Part shown: one piece after another, positions 55,612 to 64,000 of the stretch | How the letters are laid out: each line of letters begins with the position of its first letter | Numbering within the stretch: the first letter of the stretch is position 1 | NCBI GenBank assembly: GCA_010909165.1 | Contig: VJWM01000016.1 | Span: forward strand, 827,086-891,085 | Direction of reading: 5' to 3' | From: Anthoceros angustus | Lineage: Eukaryota > Plantae > Anthocerotophyta | Length of the DNA stretch: 64,000 bases | The notes under the pieces: generated by a model | Databases searched by the model: none | What the model was told of the DNA's origin: nothing | What the model saw: the letters and a program-made list of their open reading frames with translations, nothing else | Program-made: the position numbers and the translations under genes

Positions 55612-57795
55612 TCTCCACAACCTTCAGGTATCAACAGCACAGCATACCAAATGAAAGCTCAGCACTCAGCTGTCAGCTGGATCCTGCCCTGCCCATATCA
55701 CCCTCCTTGCAGCCTGCAGACACCGCCTCGTGCATCAAACCAACTCCTCGGAACACGCCTCTTCCAATAATTCAGCAGCCGGGGAAGTACAAACACACAA
55801 CCGGGCACTGGGCTGCGACTGCCTTGGTGAGGTGAGAGAGAGAAGGGGGAGGCCAATAATGCTCCTTTTTCCTGCTGTAAAGATTTCCCTTTCCTCTACT
55901 CTACTCCATGTTATCTCCATGGATGCAATGTAATGCCATGCTGATAGGACTCACAAACATCACAGCCAGAGCTACGCCACAGGATCAACACAGTTAGCAG
56001 ACACAAGAAGCAGAGGCAATGGATGTCGTCTACAACAGCACCACTGGCTTGAGGTACATAGTAAAGCTAGTCACTCACTCATATCAGCTAGACAGGACAA
56101 TTATATGGTGCGCAGAAGCACTACATGTGTAGTATAGGCTAGGATAGCCCTTGGGGCTTGGCATAACCTCGAGGCCATGACTCTAATTTCGATATATTCA
56201 GCATCCTATATACTACGAGAAAGTAGCAGAGGCTTGCAATTGCCCATGTCTGCAGAATGAGCGGACTATGTAGGTCTCGCTGGCAGGTATCACACAAGCG
56301 TACATGGTCTTGCCTCCAGAGATGTTGCTACTTTTATTCATTCAAGGTTTCAGAAGCCAGAGCTAGCTTCTCACAGCATGCATCTTCTTCCTCTTTTCCT
56401 TTGTCACACAGCGGCTTCAACACCAAGTTTGTGGTGTGTGGTATGTGTGTACGTAGCTCCCTTCCTAATTCAGACGTAGATACAATGCTACTCTCTACCT
56501 TGCGTGAAATTTCATCCCTCTTCTCTCTCTCGACAACCCACGACAAATCCTTTACATCAATGCCAGACAGTACAGCAAGTTTCTTGTTAGCTCCAGCTGA
56601 CTCTCTGAGCCTGCCTGTCTACTCCTGTGCACCTGCCTGAAGCTGCATCCACATTTGCCACGAGGATGCATGGAGACGCCTGCTGCTAAACCTGGCTCAC
56701 AAGACTGTCAAAGCATTCCGCTAGGACAAAACGAGACTGTCAAAGCACCGTGTTACGCTTCCTACATCCCCATGAGTTTTGGCAAGGTACCTGGAATGGA
56801 ACAGGCCTTGAGAAGCAAGCAAGAGTAACATTGAGAACTAAAATCAGCCCTTGTTGCTCCAATCTTCCATACAGAGCAATCGCCTTCTGACCCAGCCCGT
56901 GCCCTGCATTCCCAGCCATCAGCATACTCAAGCCTGACACTGAGGTCAGGTCATGGATCCACTTGTCGCCCCACAAGTTTTGTTCAGCCACACATCTCTT
57001 GGGAACACTGTACAACAGCGAAGATGACACAGCAGATCTCGATTGTGTCCGAGCCGAGAGGGTCAAGCACCATCAGCATGTCACCACATACAAGTTCGTG
57101 GTGTGCGAGAAGCATACATGATCTAATCCACATCTCAACAGCGAAAACTCTCTTTAGTTTCACACTTATGTAATTAGAAAACATAGAGATGAGTGATCAA
57201 CATGGGAGATGAGTGATCTTCAGTTTAAAATCAGAGATGGGACAATGGCACGTCCTAAATGAGAGACATCTCTCCCAGCCTGGGCTGATCAGGAAGGTAG
57301 AACAACGCATGCCTCGCATGTGAGAGATTTAGAAGTCATTCCACCAGCGGCACGCTCTGCACTTTAAAGAGGAACGCAAATCTGCACTTGCCTTGTGAAA
57401 TCAAAAGCTACAGCTACAGCTCTACAACTGGCTCGTTCTTCCTCACTACCCTCTATGAGCTAGCACTTGTTCACTAGTGAACACAAGGAGGCTGTGAGAT
57501 GTTTCTCCTGCATGCAGCATGCGCACTTGAACTTACGAAATGACCAGGAAAGGACAGATGAGAATGCACCAACCGTGCCTGGCCACCACTACTTTCTTGT
57601 GTCAATTGCAGTCGAGCCTGAACGTCCGAAATGAGTAGGAAACGACAAATGAGAACGCATTGGAACAATGAGAAGGCGTTGGAATGCACCAACAGTGTCT
57701 CTCTCGAGACCATACCTGACAGCGGATTGAAGCTGTCATCGCCACACCAACTCCCGCTGGCCAGGCAAGTGAGCTCCGCTGGCCAGGCAAGTGAG

Positions 57796-59490
57796 CTATG
57801 GTGAAGACCAGTACAGTCCTCTTGTGAGGGTGGACTTAAACTCCGGACACTGGAATTTCTTTTCGATGCCCTGTCCTGATGCGCTTGCGACTTTGACCTC
57901 CATATCCGTGACCTTGCCAATCACGCTTGTTAAGATGCTGAACACATCTGCCGTTTTAGGGCCGTCGACGATGGCTTGCATAAAAGCTATGATAAAGTTT
58001 GCGCCTTTCTCGGTATCTCTGAAGGATTGTTGTCCAGGACTGGTGGAGTAAACAATGAGACAATCGGGCAAAGATTCCGGGGCTCGGACTTCTCCGGCTC
58101 TCTTGCTCACCACTTGGCTCTCCTCAACTTCAGACTCCTCGGCTTTCTTGATTTTGGTAAGGCTGTCAATTTGTCGACAAGCATTGATCACAAAGACCTT
58201 AGGCTTGTTTGCAAGATACCTGGATTCACAGATGGGCTTCACGATATCATCATCAACATATAGCTTCTCGCCACTTTCTTCACTCATGACGATGTAATAT
58301 CGTCCATTTTCATCGATCCCCCCATAGGCATTAATGCAACACAGAAAGCAATCGTCATTAGCCAGGGTAGGGAGCTTGGCAAGTCTCTTAAGATAAGATT
58401 TGACGTCCTCAAATTGGTTCACCACTATATCTGTATGGAACTTCAAATTCTTGAGAAGAGCTTCAAGTCGCCCTCTGTCGACAGCTGCACCAGGTCTTTT
58501 CTCTTCTATGCTCACAATTACTGCCCAACCTCTCAGTTTGCCTGCTGCCACACGGTCATTAGGATAATACACTACAAAATGTGGTACCCTCTGCACTGCC
58601 TGCACTTTCGGGGATAGCTGTGTAGGAGTTCCCCGACAGAAGCTGCAGTTTTTTGATTTCGATCCTACAACAAGTGCAACCTCAGAGCATGCAAGGAACA
58701 ATGTATACTACAAATTTGGCAGCCATCCTACTAAAAACTACTTCTCGAAAACCAGGACATTCAAACGCATTCAGATGGTTCAGAAATCCTAACCTTCAGA
58801 CTCTACTTCGGCTCTGACTAGATCCTCTTTTTGCCCCAAGATGACGTGATCATCTATCACGGTTGCATACTCCTTGTTGGCCTTTAAAATAGGTGGCTGG
58901 GCTTGTGTACTGGTGGAGATAGGTCCCAAAAACTTCGAGTAGTAGTGTGCATAGCCCTTTTCTTTGTAGTGAATGGTGACAACAACGACAGGGAATCGAG
59001 TCAAAACGGCAGACATGCATTCATGATTCAAACGTCTACATAGTTTCAACAAAAACAACAGCAGCTTGGAAGTTGGAATGTAAGTTGTTCCATACCTGCG
59101 TCGCCTGAAGAGGTGGCCATAGTGGCCATCGCCGGTAGTGGCACCTGTTCCGAACCTGCAGAAGTGAGAGAAGTCAGCTCCCTGTCATGTCTACCTAGTT
59201 TTTGGGTTCTAACTTGTGAGACATACAGATGACAAGGGTAGCTAGCTAGCTTGGGGCACCTACCCTGCCGTCCAGCGCTTCTTCTCTGTATGTTCTTTGT
59301 GAGAGCATTCAGGACTGGCATCACTTTGAAAAAATTCCGAGCGAATTCTGCAATGAGAGCAATCCGAATGCATTCTGCATTCTGGCAGGAACCCGCAGGA
59401 GGAGGGAGAGCTGGCAGGCTCGGGGAGTCGGACTCGAGGCTGACGAACAGGGAAACCAGCGTGGCGGGAAGAGGCGGAGGCGGTTCCGCC
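57796..59490 (-). pseudogene. Internally deleted Roco-caspase, copy 3: open caspase exon (57796-58664) with catalytic His>Tyr; the Roc, most of the COR and the LRRs are removed
   Basis: CCINAYGG replaces CCINGHGG. The junction at ~58970 joins the last COR exon to the intron upstream of LRR module B. Confidence 0.85.
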
Positions 59491-62400
59491 GTAGCCCAAA
59501 CTTCACAACAACGTCACAGCTTCTCCGACTGATGCCGAGCCACCGGGCTCGGAAGAGGCGGAGGCGTAAATAATACCTACAAGTTGTTGCCGTGGCTGGG
59601 AAGAAGAGCTTTCCTGTACACACACAAGGACGTTTGATGTTGCATGCCATGCGCACAAGGACGTTTGATGTTGCATGCCAGCGAGGGGCGTCGACTTCTT
59701 TACAATCACTCTACATTACATTACTTGCGTCACATGGCTGCCAGCCCTTCAGTCAACATTTTCATCGATCCCCATAGGCATTAATGCAACACAGAAAGCA
59801 ATCGTCATTAGCCAGGGTAGGGAGCTTGGCAAGTCTCTTAAGATAAGATTTGACGTCCTCAAATTGGTTCACCACTATATCTGTATGGAACTTCAAATTC
59901 TTGAGAAGAGCTTTCCTGTACACACACAAGGACGTTTGATGTTGCATGGAGGCATCACTTTGAAAAATTCCGAGCGAATTCTGCAATGAGAGCAATCCGA
60001 ATGCATTCTGGCAGGCTCGGGAGTCGGACTCGAGGCTGACGAACAGGAAACCAGCGTGGCGGAGGCGTAAATAATACCTACAAGTTGTTGCCGTGGCTGG
60101 GAAGAAGAGCTTCAAGTCGCCCTCTGTCGACAGCTGCACCAGGTCTTTTCTTCACTCATGACGATGTAATATCGTCCATTTTCATCGATCCCCATAGGCA
60201 TTAATGCAACACAGAAAGCAATCGTCATTAGCCAGGGTAGGGAGCTTGGCAAGTCTCTTAAGATAAGATTTGACGTCCTCAAATTGGTTCACCACTATAT
60301 CTGTATGGAACTTCAAATTCTTGAGAAGAGCTTCAAGTCGCCCTCTGTCGACAGCTGCACCAGGTCTTTTCTCTTCTATGCTCACAATTACTGCCCAACC
60401 TCTCAGTTTGCCTGCTGCCACACGGTCATTAGGATAATACACTACAAAATGTGGTACCCTCTGCACCTGCACTTTCAGGGATAGCTGTGTAGGAGTTCCC
60501 CGACAGAAGCTGCAGTTTTTGATTTCGATCCTACAACAAGTGCAACCTCAGAGCATGCAAGGAACAATGTATACTACAAATTTGGCAGCCATCCTACTAA
60601 AACTACTTCTCGAAAACCAGGACATTCAAACGCATTCAGATGGTTCAGAAATCCTAACCTTCAGACTCTACTTCGGCTCTGACTAGATCCTCTTTTGCCC
60701 CAAGATGACGTGATCATCTATCACGGTTGCATACTCCTTGTTGGCCTTTAAAATAGGTGGCTGGGCTTGTGTACTGGTGGAGATAGGTCCCAAAAACTTC
60801 GAGTAGTAGTGTGCATAGCCCTTTTCTTTGTAGTGAATGGTGACAACAACGACAGGGAATCGAGTCAAAACGGCAGACATGCATTCATGATTCAAACGTC
60901 TACATAGTTTCAACAAAAACAACAGCAGCTTGGAAGTTGGAATGTAAGTTGTTCCATACCTGCGTCGCCTGAAGAGGTGGCCATAGTGGCCATCGCCGGT
61001 AGTGGCACCTGTTCCGAACCTGCAGAAGTGAGAGAAGTCAGCTCCTGTCATGTCTACCTAGTTTTTGGGTTCTAACTTGTGAGACATACAGATGACAAGG
61101 TAGCTAGCTAGCTTGGGGCACCTACCCTGCCGTCCAGCGCTTCTTCTCTGTATGTTCTTTGTGAGAGCATTCAGGACTGGCATCACTTTGAAAAATTCCG
61201 AGCGAATTCTGCAATGAGAGCAATCCGAATGCATTCTGCATTCTGGCAGGAACCCGCAGGAGGAGGAGAGCTGGCAGGCTCGGGAGTCGGACTCGAGGCT
61301 GACGAACAGGAAACCAGCGTGGCGGGAAGAGGCGGAGGCGGAGGCGGTTCCGCCATAGCCGACTTGAGCAGAACGTGCGAGCAGGACAACCAGGTCGGCA
61401 GGAAGAGTCGGTTCCGCCGTAGCCCAAACTTCACAACAACGTCACAGCTTCTCCGACCGGGCTCGGAAGAGGCAAGCGCATGACAACAGAACCGAGGGCT
61501 AGGACATACAATGCCCGTAGGCTGCTATGCACATGTCTCTGGCTTCTGGCAAGTAGGGAGGAAAGGCGTGATTGATTTTGATTCGTCACTGCTGGCCGGC
61601 GCGGAGCAGCACGCAATGGAGCAAGTTGGGCAACGTGCATGCCAGCGAGGGGCGTCGACTTCTTTACAATCACTCTACATTACATTACTTGCGTCACATG
61701 GCTGCCAGCCCTTCAGTCAACATTTTTCATTCCTGCACGATGTCTGCCGAATGTTGTCGGCTTTCAAGACTTTCTCTTGTGGACGACCACGGCCTTCCAG
61801 CCTCCAGGAAATCCTTGGCGGATGGTACATGGACAAAAGCTTTTTCTGTTGGCGGTGAATTGTGAAAGACAGAGGCATTGGCGGTTCCGGCAAGAGTTCT
61901 TGTCTGACCGACTCACGGCCCAGGCGTAACACCTTCGATGACGAGCACGAGCACAAGTTGGCGGGTCGCTACCGGACCACGGGCACCAGCCTGTGGGCCC
62001 CGTGAAACCAAATGCGCTTGGCGGAGAGGCGTAAATAATACCTACAAGTTGTTGCCGTGGCTGGGAAGAAGAGCTTTCCTGTACACACACAAGGACGTTT
62101 GATGTTGCATGCCAGCGAGGGGCGTCGACTTCTTTACAATCACTCTACATTACATTACTTGCGTCACATGGCTGCCAGCCCTTCAGTCAACATTTTCATT
62201 CCTGCACGATGTCTGCCGAATGTTGTCGGCTTTCTTGATTTTGGTAAGGCTGTCAATTTGTCGACAAGCATTGATCACAAAGACCTTAGGCTTGTTTGCT
62301 CACAATCACTCTACATTACATTACTTGCGTCACATGGCTGCCAGCCCTTCAGTCAACATTTTCATCGATCCCCATAGGCATTAATGCAACACAGAAACTT

Positions 62401-64000
62401 GTTTGCAAGATACCTGGATTCACAGATGGGCTTCACGATATCATCATCAACATATAGCTTCTCGCCACTTTCTTCACTCATGACGATGTAATATCGTCCA
62501 TTTTCATCGATCCCCATAGGCATTAATGCAACACAGAAAGCAATCGTCATTAGCCAGGGTAGGGAGCTTGGCAAGTCTCTTAAGATAAGATTTGACGTCC
62601 TCAAATTGGTTCACCACTATATCTGTATGGAACTTCAAATTCTTGAGAAGAGCTTCAAGTCGCCCTCTGTCGACAGCTGCACCAGGTCTTTTCTCTTCTA
62701 TGCTCACAATTACTGCCCAACCTCTCAGTTTGCCTGCTGCCACACGGTCATTAGGATAATACACTACAAAATGTGGTACCCTCTGCACCTGCACTTTCAG
62801 GGATAGCTGTGTAGGAGTTCCCCGACAGAAGCTGCAGTTTTTGATTTCGATCCTACAACAAGTGCAACCTCAGAGCATGCAAGGAACAATGTATACTACA
62901 AATTTGGCAGCCATCCTACTAAAACTACTTCTCGAAAACCAGGACATTCAAACGCATTCAGATGGTTCAGAAATCCTAACCTTCAGACTCTACTTCGGCT
63001 CTGACTAGATCCTCTTTTGCCCCAAGATGACGTGATCATCTATCACGGTTGCATACTCCTTGTTGGCCTTTAAAATAGGTGGCTGGGCTTGTGTACTGGT
63101 GGAGATAGGTCCCAAAAACTTCGAGTAGTAGTGTGCATAGCCCTTTTCTTTGTAGTGAATGGTGACAACAACGACAGGGAATCGAGTCAAAACGGCAGAC
63201 ATGCATTCATGATTCAAACGTCTACATAGTTTCAACAAAAACAACAGCAGCTTGGAAGTTGGAATGTAAGTTGTTCCATACCTGCGTCGCCTGAAGAGGT
63301 GGCCATAGTGGCCATCGCCGGTAGTGGCACCTGTTCCGAACCTGCAGAAGTGAGAGAAGTCAGCTCCTGTCATGTCTACCTAGTTTTTGGGTTCTAACTT
63401 GTGAGACATACAGATGACAAGGTAGCTAGCTAGCTTGGGGCACCTACCCTGCCGTCCAGCGCTTCTTCTCTGTATGTTCTTTGTGAGAGCATTCAGGACT
63501 GGCATCACTTTGAAAAATTCCGAGCGAATTCTGCAATGAGAGCAATCCGAATGCATTCTGCATTCTGGCAGGAACCCGCAGGAGGAGGAGAGCTGGCAGG
63601 CTCGGGAGTCGGACTCGAGGCTGACGAACAGGGAAACCAGCGTGGCGGGAAGAGGCGGAGGCGGAGGCGGTTCCGCCATAGCCGACACTTGAGCAGAACG
63701 TGCGAGCAGGACAACCAGGTCGGCAGGAAGAGTCGGTTCCGCCGTAGCCCAAACTTCACAACAACGTCACAGCTTCTCCGACTGATGCCGAGCCACCGGG
63801 CTCGGAAGAGGCAAGCGCAGGACAACAGAACCGAGGGCTAGGACATACAATGCCCGTAGGCTGCTATGCAGATGTCTCTGGCTTCTGGCAAGTAGGAAGG
63901 AAAGGCGTGATTTTGATTCGTCACTGCTGGCCGGCGCGGAGCAGCACGCAATGGAGCAAGTTGGGCAACGTGCATGCCATGCGCACAAGGACGTTTGATG
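59490..64000. repeat. Scrambled mosaic of local fragments, including a near-identical pair ~60150-61457 / ~62470-63780
   Basis: Fragments of the caspase exon, COR end, linker exon, Roco 5' region, EPSPS intron and the 26.1-kb segment, all in the same orientation and joined at short shared words. Confidence 0.88.

Overview
Gene-dense, short-intron land-plant nuclear DNA. A bryophyte such as a hornwort is my guess and cannot be confirmed from the sequence. From 1 to 9.7 kb are ordinary genes: a class III peroxidase, a HOL-type thiol/halide methyltransferase, SAE1, and PEX14 with an internal 1.33-kb duplication. From 10.9 to 22.5 kb is a decayed 11.6-kb TIR DNA transposon (TAAA target duplication, DDD transposase) carrying a ParB-like plus beta-class DNA amino-methyltransferase cargo, nested in a smaller repeat. 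EYA and an intact EPSPS follow. From about 26 kb to the end, a ~13-14-kb block occurs three times and finally breaks into a microhomology-joined mosaic. The main observation is in this block: a spliced gene joining hypervariable, copy-number-variable LRR modules to a TORNADO1-like Roc-COR GTPase and, through an in-frame phase-1 intron, to a C-terminal domain with the motifs of an animal-type caspase rather than a plant metacaspase (RPG, CINGHG, KPKVFVINACR(G), SFR, QCPEFKSTL). This is a candidate single-polypeptide sensor/dimeriser/protease immune or cell-death receptor. Both long copies carry frameshifts, many of them 1-bp losses in homopolymers that may be assembly errors.
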